From Mytilus edulis (taxonomy: Eukaryota), in NCBI RefSeq assembly GCF_963676685.1, contig NC_092345.1:25916001-25980000 (forward strand): DNA of 64,000 bases. Reading direction: 5' to 3'. This document shows positions 49,601 to 64,000 of the stretch, one piece after another. Every line of letters starts with the position of its first letter. Position 1 is the first letter of the stretch. The translations under genes were made by a program, and so were the position numbers. The notes under the pieces were generated by a model. That model did no database searches. It saw nothing but the letters and a program-made list of their open reading frames with translations, and was not told the origin of the DNA.

Positions 49601-50692
49601 CAAAGCCCTTTAAACTAACACTTTCTTTTATTCAAAAATTATTACATATACATCCAACAGATTTAGCATATTTCAATGTTTCAATCTCTGTGTTGAAATT
49701 CTACAATGCAACATTAAATGACTGACTGTCAAGATTTGCATGCAATTTGGTTATAGTTTTTACAGCACATATTATGTTTAGATCCTCGTTCATTTTTCTC
49801 AAAATGTTTTTTTTTTAATGTTTTTTAAGACCACATGTACTTTTAATTATTTAATTAAAGGAAAATTTGGCTTATTTTTTTCGCAAAGGGAATTCACTGC
49901 AGTAATTTGTGTTTCTCAATTATAGAACATTTTTAGATATATACTACAATACCTATTTTGAATGTAATCACGAATTGACTGATATATCCGGTAATTTTAC
50001 GCGTATTATCATTATTAAACACCTGTGTAGAGGTAACTGCCTGTAATTACTCAACAGTTAGTGATAACAGAGTACACTGGTTGTCAGCACGCCAAATGTT
50101 AACTTCAATAATTTTGTCATTTTGATTTAATTTTATGATAACCGTCAAATGAGCTTATCTACGTTTCTACGTTATTGTGAGGTGTCACGGCGGCCACTTT
50201 GGTATTGATGTGTTAAAGGCGTGATTGATACAAGAAAAATAGTCAAATGTTTGTGATTTTCGCGTCATTATGTAGTAAATATTGTAAAATAACTGTTTTA
50301 CTTGTAGAATTATGATAACGGCATGAATGCCCTTTGATATTGGATTTAATTAAATTCCAAATGTTACCAGTAGAAGAGTATTAAGATGAAATATAGCAAT
50401 CAGAATACGTATATAATTGTGATGGGAACTGAAACTTTTTGTGGTACAGAGAAAGTAAACAGACACCGCCTCATGTCAGATAATTTATCAAGAATCCTTT
50501 TCTATTTAACATGTTTAACAGAACGGATGTGCAGCCAGTCTTGTTATACTGTCTTGACCTAGGTATCATTTACTGAAGGGTTCAAAACTAGAGTATCATA
50601 ACCTTTGGCTGTATATTGAAATAAGTCGATTTTCATCGTAATGATATGGTCAAATATAAGCTTCCAATTTTATTTAGTGTTGATATACTTAT

Positions 50693-50772
50693 AAGCGTAA
50701 GTACTGTCGAAAAACTTCCGGTTTCTTACTGAAGCGTAAGTACTGTCGAAAAAATTCCGGTTTCTTACTGAA
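50693..50772. repeat. Tandem duplication, 2 x 39 bp
   Basis: AAGCGTAAGTACTGTCGAAAAA(C/A)TTCCGGTTTCTTACTG occurs twice. Confidence 0.85.
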
Positions 50773-53599
50773 TCTTTAAATGCAAAGTCCCACCGAATTA
50801 TATTTACCACCATTTTGTGAAATATAGACGCTGAAAGTTGTTTTGCTTATGGGCTGTCAGTTTTTTGGAATATAAACCTGTAGTGGACAGTACGTTGGTA
50901 CTAAGATAATTTGAAGAATGCAATTTTAATAAAAAAAAAATACAAAGTTTATTTATTTTTGAGTCTTCTTTTCTTTTTTTTATATTATTATTTTATATGC
51001 TGAAATTTCTACATGCTCAATCATTTACAAAAAAAAATATCCAAAATTTGTCAATTATCAAGTAACATGAGTAATGTCAAATAACAAACAACATTATATA
51101 CAAAGCGACATAACTCAAAAGTAGCTTAATAAAATAAATAATATTCTGTTAATGTACATTTTAACTTTAAGTTCGGTCCTTATAAAATCTATGCACTTAA
51201 ATAATTATAAATTAAGAATTACATGAAACGGCTCTCCAAAATATTATCTGATGTTACTGCAGTGTATCAATAATTGCTTTTTAATGAAAAATAGCAATGC
51301 AGTGGCGAAGTTCTGTTAATTTATTCATATTTTTCTTTTATCTCTTCTATTTGAAGCTGTTTGATCCGTGTATGTGGCTTTGACAAATTATTGTTCTATC
51401 CAACTCAAACCAACATACTCTATCATCTTAAATTTGCATGAAATAGTATCACTGTACGTTAGACGAACAACAATCAATCAATATATCGCAATTATCCTAC
51501 TCTATAGAGTAAATAGGTAAATGCAGTCGATTCTAACTTGATCAAATCAAAATGACCGTTTCAGACATAAATCTTGCTACTAATGCTAACATTATGTATC
51601 AAATCAAGACTTTTTTCCAGAGGATATCTTTTGAATCATAATATGTGCTTACCAACAGGTCGGAAATACCTAATTGAAAAGGACTAAAATCCCAGTATCC
51701 ATATACCTGTCTTATTATAAAAGCCATTTTCTGCTCTTCGATCATTTAGATGTTGACTCTAACAATGATGGCATTAAAAGATGTCTGTCTTTCTCATTTT
51801 CTCTATCGTATGATTTTTTTACGTTTATTTTCAACAGTATCATTACTGATATCAAAAACATGTAGTATTTGTTGTTCCACAATTCAATACTTTTGGAGAT
51901 TCATAACTTGTACAGTAAAATTGAGAATGGAAATATGTGTCAAAGAGACAATAACCACACCAAAGAGCAGATAACAGCTAAAGGCCACCAATTGGTCTTC
52001 AATACTGCGTGAAAATCCCGCACCCGAAGGTACCATATATAAATTTTACAGGTGTGCAATGTATAAACTTTTTACATATTTTTCATAATCTTTGAAAATA
52101 TTTATATCAACTTTGTAATTTCCGGTCTAGAATATGCCAGTTGATGGATCAAAATCTTGACCTTTTGGCTACAAAAATATATTATCTGATATTATATAAA
52201 GATTAAGATATGGTATCGTCTAGAATGACGACAAATTTGGTACGGTTAATTCGGATAGGATTGTGTTAAGGTAATCAGAAGGCACTGTGGTATAATGTTG
52301 TTTGTTCAAGGATTAGACAAATTGCATTTTCATTTCATTAGATTAACTAACGAGCGATAAATTAGACTGCTTAGGCCGTGGTATTTTATGAAAAGTAAAC
52401 ATTCATTCACCGATTCTCTGACGATATAAAAATCTTCCAATTTTATGTCACATTTATCTTTTACATATTTATTTTTAATTTGTTTTTCAGTATTCAAAAT
52501 TTTAAATAAAGTATAATAGAATAGACACTTCGGATTAATTATGTTTTAACACTCTTAGAATACAAGGGTGCAATCAAAAGCTATTGTACAAAAGCGAAAC
52601 ATAGATTTAGTATATTTTACATAAAAGTACAATAATTTTTTTAAACTTCAAAATAACGAAAAAGAATAAGGCCTGAATGCGTTTGTCTAGATGTATATCG
52701 TCTTGGGGTATCAAATTTATTTGAATGACCTCCCTTGCTACAGTACCAGTTAGTCAACTATGTCGCTACGTCTCCGAGTCCTTGTTTCTATCTATAACAC
52801 TTTTAAAATCTTAAAGATATGGACAACCGAAAAGACATCAAACTTAGATTTCGCATAAATCTATTTTGGAAATTTAGACTAAAAGTAAAATACTAAATGA
52901 TCGTCTGTTTCAGTTTGGTCTTTAATTCCCTGTATGCACGAGTTTTTATCAATTAGTTGGGTATGCGTATGGTAAGCTTACAAATATTGAATAAAGCTCA
53001 ACAACCAATTTTTGCTATTCAGAATTCATATCACATTTCGATTTTAATACTTCGTGATTCGAGCCATCGCTTAAATTGCATGGTCTTCCTGAGTGGGCAA
53101 AATAGATCTGATACTGGGCGTTAGGCAAAGAATAGTCTCAATATCAGCGCAATACTGTTGTGCAGCTTTCTTTTACCTGTGTATTTGTATTGTCGGTTGG
53201 TATACTATTGCTTTCTTTTCCATTCTTGATCATATAGTTCTTAATTTTTCGTTTTGTTTCTGTTCAATGGTCGTGGAAATCAATATATTGTTTAACATTT
53301 TTGCGAACCACGGTCTTCTACATGTTGGAAGAAGAAAAAAACATGTCGAAATTCCTCCCCTGTTCCTATAAATTTAGGGCAGGACGATGTGGTATCATTG
53401 ATGAGACAAATGTCCACTAAAGACCAAGTGACTAGGATGTGAACAGGTACAGGTCATTGTATGGTCTTCAACAACGAGTAAAACCCACACCATATTGACA
53501 GTAACTAACTATGCTGGATTAAAAGCATCTGGTTTAAACCATACACACACATAAAGTGGCAGAGTTAAACATGTTTGCTAAACACTACCCTACATTGCC

Positions 53600-53860
53600 A
53601 TAAAAGTGGAAGGTTTGGCTAGCCATAAAACCAGGATCAATCCACTATTTATATTTTTAAAATGTCCTTTACCAATTCAAGAAAATTGCCATTGTTATAT
53701 TATAGTTCGGTTCTATGTGTGTTACATTTTTGTGTTGTGTCGTAGTTCTCCTCTTATATTTGATGTGTTTCCTTCAGTTTTAGTTTGTAACCCGGATTTG
53801 TTTTTTTTCTCAATCGATTTATGAATTTCGAACAGCGGTATACTACTGTTGCATTTATCT
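53600..53860 (+). mobile_element. Interspersed repeat (GCTAGCCATAAAACCAGG...CAGCGGTATACTACTGTTGC family)
   Basis: Related degenerate copies at ~1415-1590 (plus strand) and at ~25960-26070 and ~32810-32890 (minus strand). Confidence 0.55.
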
Positions 53861-54279
53861 ATATATATTATGAGACAGTGGTGTAATGGTAAAACAAGAG
53901 AACAAACAGCAAAGATCAGACCACTTATCAAAATAAGTTCTTTATTTTAAGCGCACACCAAAAAAACGAAATCAAAACTGACAAAATGAAGATTGACACA
54001 AAGTTTCGACATTAGAGTACTCAAACTGAACGAAAACAAGTTCAAAGTCCAAGTTTAGTTACTTGGTAAACTAGATCTTCCCAGACTAAAGAATAATCAT
54101 ATATCGAATTATGTTATAAAAGAAATATCTAGAATTTTTCAAACGAATCAGAGGTGAAACATTTGTATGTTGTAAGATTGTTTGTCAATACATATAAGTG
54201 CTGCATATGGAGTACGGGGTAGTAATTTTTTTATATAGAAAATGAAGCTACAATTGATTGAAAACGTTTGTACATTTTT

Positions 54280-54638
54280 TTTAATTAAGAATTGAATTTA
54301 TTGGGGTGTAAAAGCGTTGACCGAAGTATATTTTGTATGAAGCGCGGAAGCTCTTCATTCTAAAAATGTACGCACGGACAACGCTTTTACAACCCTATAA
54401 AGTTACAAAAAAAAGCATTCAATACCTATAATTACATTTTTTAGCTATGATCATGAAAACACGAATTTTATATATTTTATTATTTAATTCACCTGTGCAC
54501 TTTATTGTTGGAGCACGTGTTATCATGAGTGAAAAGTTGTATTGAGCAATGCAACTGCTTACGGAATAACACGTGATGTGCAGTTAGCCAATCAGAATAA
54601 AATATTATAATGAAACATACATCTAATGTAATTATATA
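54280..54638. mobile_element. Probable interspersed element with internal hairpin
   Basis: Inverted repeat GTAAAAGCGTTG / CAACGCTTTTAC enclosing a second imperfect palindrome. Boundaries approximate. Confidence 0.35.
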
Positions 54639-55964
54639 TGCATGAAAAAACATTTTTATGTTAAAATTTAGACTGAATGTACATTAAAAGCCTTTTCATG
54701 AAAAAAAATAAAATGTACAAGACTGCTAATTATAATTATCGATTATTGTTTCTTGTTTCATTTTTCAGTCTAATTTCCATGGGAACTATTTAAATACTAC
54801 CATACATGTTTTCCCCTCCGAACTCGCATTTCAAGATCGTTGCAATTAAACCAATTGTCATACCCTTTTGAACTGAGTTTTACAATGTATTTTTATGTTG
54901 TGCTGTTATACCACTCCATAGGTTATGGGATGTTGGTCGGCTGCACACATATTTAACCCTGCCATATTATGTATGACTTTTTGTTGTGCCTGTCTAACAT
55001 TAATTTTCTTTATCAAAATAAGAACAATACGATGTGAAATTATATTCCTCAAACAAGATTACTGTGAATGATCATGGACATAATCCATTCACATTTTTTA
55101 CAGAAATAAGCATTTTCATCATATTTAAAAGAGAAAAGATATATGTTTGTATTCAAATTGTATACAATTTATATTCCACAGCTTTCCATCGTTATAACAT
55201 AAGCAAAAGCTACAATTAACAACAGGTACAGGTATATTACTGGCAACTAGACCTATATTATAGGTTCCACAAGGTGGACAACAACTGCTAACCAATTCGG
55301 TGCACCTGAAGTTCAGAAAGGTTCGTTTGTTTTCTGTTTAGTGTTTCGTGTACTATTGTTAGAGCACATCCATTCTATAAAAAAAATCGGTAATGGTAAT
55401 GCAAAAACGTCGTACGTATTTCTTTCGAATTACGTTGCAATCTTACTTTTTTAATTGTTTTTGTTTGTCTCATTAATATTTTCCTAATGTTAATTATATT
55501 CAAAATTCATACTGCATTTGTTTTGGAATTTTGTATTATATTTGTTTAGTTTCCTTTATAAAATCAAATCGTTCTCTGTGGGGTTTTTTTTATTCATTAA
55601 AACTGCCTCCGACCTTTTTTAAGACTGTGATTACTCTACCAATTCGTCAAATTTGGTACGTTTCTATTGTATTAACAAGAATGTATTTTTCATAAATTAT
55701 TTTATTTCACATTACATAACAACAGCACTATAAATATGGCAATGGTTTCGTGGACGCAATTTTAGGTCTACAATCACTGACATTTACAGTTCACGTATGT
55801 ATCTTGTTGTAGGCAAGTATTTTTCAACAACTTGTAAGGTTTTTAATATCTTGCCACATACTGACAACAAACGTTTTCACTCTGGCATTAGAAGTGATCT
55901 TTGTCCGTATTGAGAAAGGTTCGACGTATTACCATTCATTATGTTCTTGTAAAATGTTATGATG

Positions 55965-57244
<1,280 letters not shown>

Positions 57245-60123
57245 TTATTTACTTATTTCACTTATTTATTAAAACATCTATACATATATATACATAAAGT
57301 TTTCTTTCATTCGAATATATGTGCATCGTGTCAATGTATAAAGGTGTACATGTTTCACTATTCGCAGCTGTACTTTTGAATAATAAACTAGTCGATCATA
57401 CAGAAACATAAATTTCTTAAATGGTTCTAAATGCTGTATAATTTTCACTTCATTCAAGGATAAGAGGGATAAGAGGTACTTCCATTGGGTAAAACAATCA
57501 AACAAATGAATTAAATTTATGATCTGTGTATTTGTTTTACGACAGTGATCAAGTATAGTATGTAATTATTGTCCCCCGAGCAAAGTACCTAGAAACTAGC
57601 TCTGATATGTATCCACAATTGGATGTCTTTACACATCTATAAGTATTCAGAAGTTTTATTTCTGTCATTGGTTACAAAATCACAATCACTATAGAATTTA
57701 GTATTTAAGAAGAGCTGTTAGTTGAATGCGCTATATGCCCAGTGGCAAATATTACATGGATATTCAAGACGACTGATCATTTTGTTCCAGACGTTAATTC
57801 TTTTTTTTTTAACAGTTTAGCCCAAATATGGTTAAAAACCTTATTCTACGGTTAACTGTATCCCTATGGGTTAAATCCCTGATTAATGAACCCTATCTAA
57901 ATGAGCGCCTATCTTCGTTTAAAAAGGGAACTAAAAGAAAAATTCGTTTATTTACCCGAAATTTACTTTAGTTTTTTTTTGGTCCGCCACCACAGTCTAA
58001 TTGTGTTCATAATTTCAAAGTGAAATTCGACTAGAAAATAAATATAGGATCGAGAGTATCCTTGTTATGGAAAATACGAGATTGGATCTGTACAAATTAA
58101 ATTTTATCAGCTAGTAATATAATAGTACTTTTATTTTCGTTATATGTTATTTAACAAATTAGCTACATCTATTAGCAGCCATAACTGTTCAGCAGTGAAT
58201 AGCTATCGTCGATTTAATTTGGTGGAAATTCGTAGTGTTTAATCTAAGAAATTGCTCGTTTTATGGTAATTGTCAGAACCCGTTGACGGTAATGTGCTTG
58301 TTTGCCGAAATACCATTTAATCTGGAGTTTAATTTGTCACGAAAAGTGATCCTTATACACCAGAGGATAAATTCATTAGTTAATTAGTTCTATCTTCGCT
58401 AGTTTAAGAAGTAATCTTCAAATACTTTCTCATTCCTCTATTGTGTATCGACCGCAATTCTTTTGACGGTTGTAATTTGTTAAATCGGGGTCTCATCGAA
58501 AAGATGCAAGAACGTACTCTATTTTGATGGTAATGCTATTAATCTAACTTCGTCTGTTTCTTACGAATTGAGCAAATACAAATTGGCAGTAATGTAAAGG
58601 CAAATCGCCTGTCTTCAGCGTCTAATAGTTGGCGAATTGAAAATTAAATTAGCAAATTGCGCTCTTTTCGCCCGTTAGATACCAGTTTAATTTCATCATG
58701 ATTGTCGAATCTGTTGACATTTGGTGGGGAAATAAATGAAGCCAGCTGCCGCATACATACAGATAACGGGCGTTAATGAAATTTTACTACCAAATTTTCT
58801 AGTTTTCTATACAACTTTCTTACTGATGAATTAATAGTTAGTCCCTCGTGGATTGATTTTTTGAAATGCCTTTACATTTTTAAACAAAACGTATCAGAAT
58901 TTCTACAAAACTATTGAGTTTACTGAAAAAGAAGTTTGCTTTTTCATAATTGATGCCGGAAGAATAGTGATGTAAAATTGATATCTTGTTAAAAGAACAT
59001 TTGTCAAGAATATTAATTACTTTACTAGGAGAAAAAACAATGAAATTCACAGCTTGGAATTTAAGAAAATGCATGGTATTTGTATAATTTGTATGGAATA
59101 AAAATTACAAAGAGGCTCTTTAAGGAATTTTATATTTCATATAACGAGGATTTGGACAACTTTTGCATTAGTCACTTTCGCTTATATTTTGTGCAATTAT
59201 TAACAATATTGTTTAATTTTTTTTTTTGATTTATTACTTTTTTTAATATTTATACAAAAAATAAAATGACAAAAAAAGACAACTTAAAAAACGAAAGTTA
59301 AACTTGAATATGGATTAAAATATGTGGATGTAGGGATCAATTCGATAGCAAAGTTTGGTTTGTTAATGAAAAAATAAATTTACAAAACAATTTAAACAAA
59401 ACGAACAACCCAGAGAAAAAGTTCAACTACTTATTTACATAGAAAAACCCCAAAATTAGGACTCACTGGTCGTAATAAAAACTATTATGATTTGTTAACA
59501 TAAAAAAATAACCTCACAACGCTGGTCTGTATAACAAATGGCATTGCCTATGTATGAAGTACAACCACAACCATTGAGATAAGACGAACCGAACAGTTTT
59601 AGCTTTCTGATTAGTATACTAGTCTTACGACAACTATTGTAACAAACAATTTATAAAATATGATAACATGTGTTATCGGACATTGATAAGTCATTAAACT
59701 TGTACAGATCCCTATCAATATTTCACCGATTAATTTATAATTTGAAAGAGATAGCGCATGTTTTGATCTGTTGGATTTTCGTATTATCATTTCATAGTCT
59801 CATAGTCGGGGTAATTTGGGTAGATAGAAATAGCTATGTGAAAATATTTGTTTTAAAGATATTTCAGATACTTAAATTTTTCTTTTAATTCTTCCAACTT
59901 GTAATTTCGGAAATGTATTTATTGAAATGTAGATTTCCGTCAGAATGTGACTGAACGGGGTACAGACCATTTAATGGAGTTAACTCTTTAAAAATCAGCT
60001 GAACGTTTACCAAATTATATTTGTAAAAGAGAGAATAAGATGTAGGTATGCGTCGACCAAACAACTACCTGATAACACTAACAAAAATTACGTGTAAATC
60101 ATTGCAGAAAAGAACTCATGTTT

Positions 60124-60366
60124 GAGGCTCCCGCAGGGTCAAAAACGACCTGCGACCTCTGGGCTTTTTAGAGGCGACTTCCGATCTGAGGGCCTTCTAA
60201 AAACAGCCTGCGACCTGATAAATTTGGAAAAAAATTACCTCCAACCGACTTCGGTCCTCTGTGTTGGGAAAAACGACTTGCGACCTGTACATTTCCCTTA
60301 AAAACGACCTCTCGACGAATTTAAAAGCGACCTTGCGACCTGAGGGGGGTACCCTGTGGGAGCCTC
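60124..60366. mobile_element. 243-bp MITE with 16-bp TIRs, 6-bp TSD ATGTTT and internal CGACC repeats, 5' of the Mnx homeobox exons
   Basis: TIRs GAGGCTCCCGCAGGGT and ACCCTGTGGGAGCCTC. ATGTTT lies at 60118-60123 and 60367-60372. Many AAAACGACCTGCGACCT-like motifs inside. Confidence 0.85.
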
Positions 60367-63300
60367 ATGTTTCTCATTCTTTATACACTCTTGGTTCCAA
60401 TCTTAAAAGTCGTTTGAACCTAGTACAAAGTCCGTACACAAAATATCATCTTGATTCGTACAGACTTGCCAAAGAGTAATGATCTGTTATAAATGTGCAA
60501 ACTTATTTTACTATTATAGCCGAAAAAGGCGATTCTTTCTTTAGAAAGTTTTATGTATGAAATGAATCAAATATTTGTTTTGCATGGTATCATATATACT
60601 TTAAACAGTAAAACAAATATCCTGCATGATTAATTTCGTTGGATTTAAAGAAATAAAGGACACTACAAAATCTTTTTAGTTTTCAACTAAATATTTTGAT
60701 TGGTCAGAAATTTCAACACAATGTTTCAATTATGTCAATTTGATCAATTTAAATTTTAAAAAATCATTTATATTCCTTAAATCTAAAAAGTGAGTTGTTT
60801 TATTCAAAATGAATAAAATGCAAAATCTACGGCGAAAATAATAATAAAAAAAAATATATTTTGAGACATAAAGAATTGTTCAAGACTATATAGATATTCG
60901 TCATTTTGCATAAAGACGCAGTATGATGCAAACAAGGGAAAAGTTGTCATAATCAGCCAGCTACATATATGTGTTTATATCTCTGGCTGTACATTCTAAT
61001 TTAAATTTATTGAAACCATAAAATAAAATCATAAATGTCTTCAAACAGTTTTTGTGTTTCATGTGTATATTCATTACAATATCAATTATATGAATATTAT
61101 CAGGTTTATGGTAAATCTACTTGAAGAGATTTGAGATAAAGTTGTGTGCGTTTTTATCCAAACTTGTTCTTAAAAAGTACTACCCCACTACAAATTTTAT
61201 CAAAGATCTGCCCCATTCCCTTCATTTACCGTTACTGTGTGTTTTGGTATTTGAAAATTCGTGTGGAGCGAAGTCTCATGTTCCTAATATTTGTTTTCCA
61301 TTCGTAAATTGCAATGTAGTCGGGGTACAAAATATAAAAACGTAATTTAGTTCAAACCCATTATGTTTTTAAAGATATATAGGAAAAAATATCATTATAG
61401 ATTAATAAAACAATTTAAGAGACAAATTACTATCCAAGAACCATATTGTTGAGTGGAGATATTATTCAAGGTGGGAATAACGACGTAATTAAAAATCATT
61501 CCAAGTTAATATATCTAATAAATTACAATAGAACCACTTGTTTTATTACATACATTTTTTGCAGCCAATTTGTCCCTACTCATCGAAACTATTCCTATAT
61601 TTTACATTGATAAATCATTCCCGTCTGTAATTTAAGCTTTCCTATTCAGTAATAAAATTCTCCATCGACGTATCCGTTGTCATCGTCTGCGGAAAATTCG
61701 CGCGTCTTTTGATCTTGAGGTTTGTTAATCTTAACAATTTATAACAGTGATTTTAAGTAGCCTGATGATGTTAAATTATAGTTTTATGTTTACAAATCAG
61801 CTAAATTTCGTGCTTGAGGTGTGCTGAATTGTAACAACGTTTAATAAATGTCACAAAATAGACTTTGATTGAAATACAGTCTATGGAAGCCCGTTATGGT
61901 CATAAAACCTTTTCTCACCTTGTCATTGCTGAATATAATTACATACGTCTCAAGTTTATGGCAATGTTACACGGAACATATACTTAGGTGGCGTAATGAC
62001 ATTACAGCTGTTTAAATATAACATATATAATAGTTGATATATTTATATCTATGCACGTAACTTATTTTCGTTTTAAAGTGAAAGACATCTGAGTTGGTGC
62101 CGCTTCAAATTAACTCTCAGTTCGGAAGATACATGCAATTCAGTATTTACCAGATGACTAGATGACTAAAAATTACTTTCTACATTATACCAAAACAATA
62201 AATTTTAAATTACAAAGACCAAGTAGATTGTATAACACTGTGTCCGATGTGTTTGTTGTTTTTTGGGGTGTTTTTTTCTTCTTTTGTAATAGCCAAGAAT
62301 TATAGCCAAACACCTCCACTTCGCGGAAGAAAGGAGTTATACAATGTCCTAAGCGCTAGTATGGCGTCTGATCACCTTATTTTGTAAAATGTTGATCGGT
62401 TTGTAAAACCTTAGGTGTTTCTAAACTTTCTCGAATATGTAATTAGCATAAAGTCTCCCTAAATATATGACCGAATCGATCTCAACTGATTAACACCCAC
62501 TTACAGAAAAGGCGGTAACCGATGATTTTATATGTGTAACTATCGTCTTTCGTGTACTCTCCTTCTGATACAAACTTCTTGGAAAGATCATTGAAGTATT
62601 ATATTGATAATACTTCATATAAAGACCAATAAATATAATTATGTCCATGTCCTTTCGCCATCCCTCTCCCACAAAACCCCAATTTACAAGTCTCATTGAT
62701 CTTTATATCTGATGCAACTCAGATCTTCTTATTCCTTTTAGTATTCTTTAATTGGATAGCATTTGTTATAAGCATGAAAGTTAAATGATAATGTTACTTA
62801 TAACACTTACATGGTAAAAAAGATAACTTGAAACATGTATCTATGTTTATCTTAATGTTTATCACATAATTCATGTAAACGCGCATTAAATATTTGTCAT
62901 TGGACCTCAGCATTGGACCCTGGCACATCAAACAAACATATTGTACATTCATGTATTGTACTCGTTTGAAAAATTTCAACTGAACTTCACTTTCACCTTC
63001 AAGCTTTAAAACACCACATGTATGTGTTCTCTTAAAACACATGCTCACGATGTAGACACCACTTTTTCTTCCTTAACCACAAATTTATCGTGTAGCTACA
63101 ATTGTAAGGTACTATTTTATTTTTCACACTTTATCATTCGAGGAACATTTGACGAGATTAACAAATTCTATTCCCTTATCGTAAATTTACTACACAATTA
63201 CACTTGATTCACTGTGGATTCGGTCAACACCATCGTAATATCGTATCAAGTTAATTTCTTACTTTTGAAGAAAGGTCCATTTCAACAAATTTTAGAAATT

Positions 63301-64000
63301 TCCCTTTCAAATTTCAGTAAGCAATCAACTTATACGGATTTAAAAGGATTAGTTTCTATATAATTAGTTTAAAAGGGAACTTAATGATATTTCGGAACAT
63401 TGATAAGATAGGCAGTTCAAACATTTGTACAACAACGATTACAGGTGTGAGGGCTTTTCATCACCAAAGCGTTTTAACAAAGAAAACCCGTGAACTTTTC
63501 AATATGACTGCTTTATTTGCTCAATATAGGGCTTAAGTTCTTAGCGATAACATGCACTGAATTAATATGGCATTTTAATGAACATGTAAAGGTTTACTAA
63601 TGATTTTATTAATCAAATGAATGGGATTTAATTCTATTATATTGGCGATTAGAGCAACTTGCTTCGGTAATAAATGAATGCTTTAAAGAAACAACCCATT
63701 GATGGTGTTCAATGGTAGTTTGAAAATTAAAAATAATAATTGATTGTTGTACATACAGCAGAATACTCAAAATCCTTTTTGTAAAACCAACACTATGAAC
63801 CTGGTTATGAGCTCACTCGTGTCGTGGGGCACCGTGAAACCCCAATGGACACTAACGCGTGAGCGCAGAACCATGCTGAAACTTTAAAAATGTATTCTCA
63901 GTTATGTAAATGGTTCACTTATTTTAATTCTGGAAATATTTCAAAAGTTGTTGAACTTTGTATAATTCGTAGAAAAATATGACACAATAAAATTATAAAA

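Noticed and set aside
63815-63880. 59-nt AG...GT-bounded segment as a Mnx exon
   Set aside because: It has no similarity to the expected Mnx N-terminal sequence and cannot be supported without transcripts.

Overview
AT-rich, intron-containing animal genomic DNA. The repeat families, including ~356-bp hammerhead-ribozyme retrozyme units, point to a bivalve mollusc, most likely a Mytilus mussel (inference). Four spliced protein-coding genes were rebuilt by hand from splice sites and reading-frame phase. (1) A complete 147-aa non-muscle myosin II essential light chain (MYL6/Mlc-c-like, minus strand, 2873-15290). (2) A divergently transcribed ~505-aa lysosomal MFS transporter SLC49A4/DIRC2 (plus strand, 17739-27233, with one GC-AG intron). 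(3) A single-pass membrane receptor (plus strand, 34427-47816, first exon not found) in which a WSC domain appears to sit inside a C-type-lectin-like domain, followed by a second lectin-like domain. (4) The two homeobox exons of Mnx/HB9 (minus strand, 55965-57225; exon 1 probably beyond the window). Introns and intergenic DNA hold many MITEs, Helentron-type non-autonomous elements with internal satellites, a tRNA-derived SINE, Penelope-like RT fragments and a non-LTR retrozyme array. Top leads: two tandem minimal hammerhead ribozymes with complementary core lesions that could rescue each other as a double hammerhead; a second conserved structured RNA domain in the retrozyme; the nested CTLD/WSC receptor; a transposon whose 5-bp TSD duplicates a splice donor; a strand-specific G-U-rich hairpin 3' of the myosin light chain gene; and traces of a decayed antisense Cys-rich/GPCR-like gene. 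All coordinates and translations were read manually and no searches were run.
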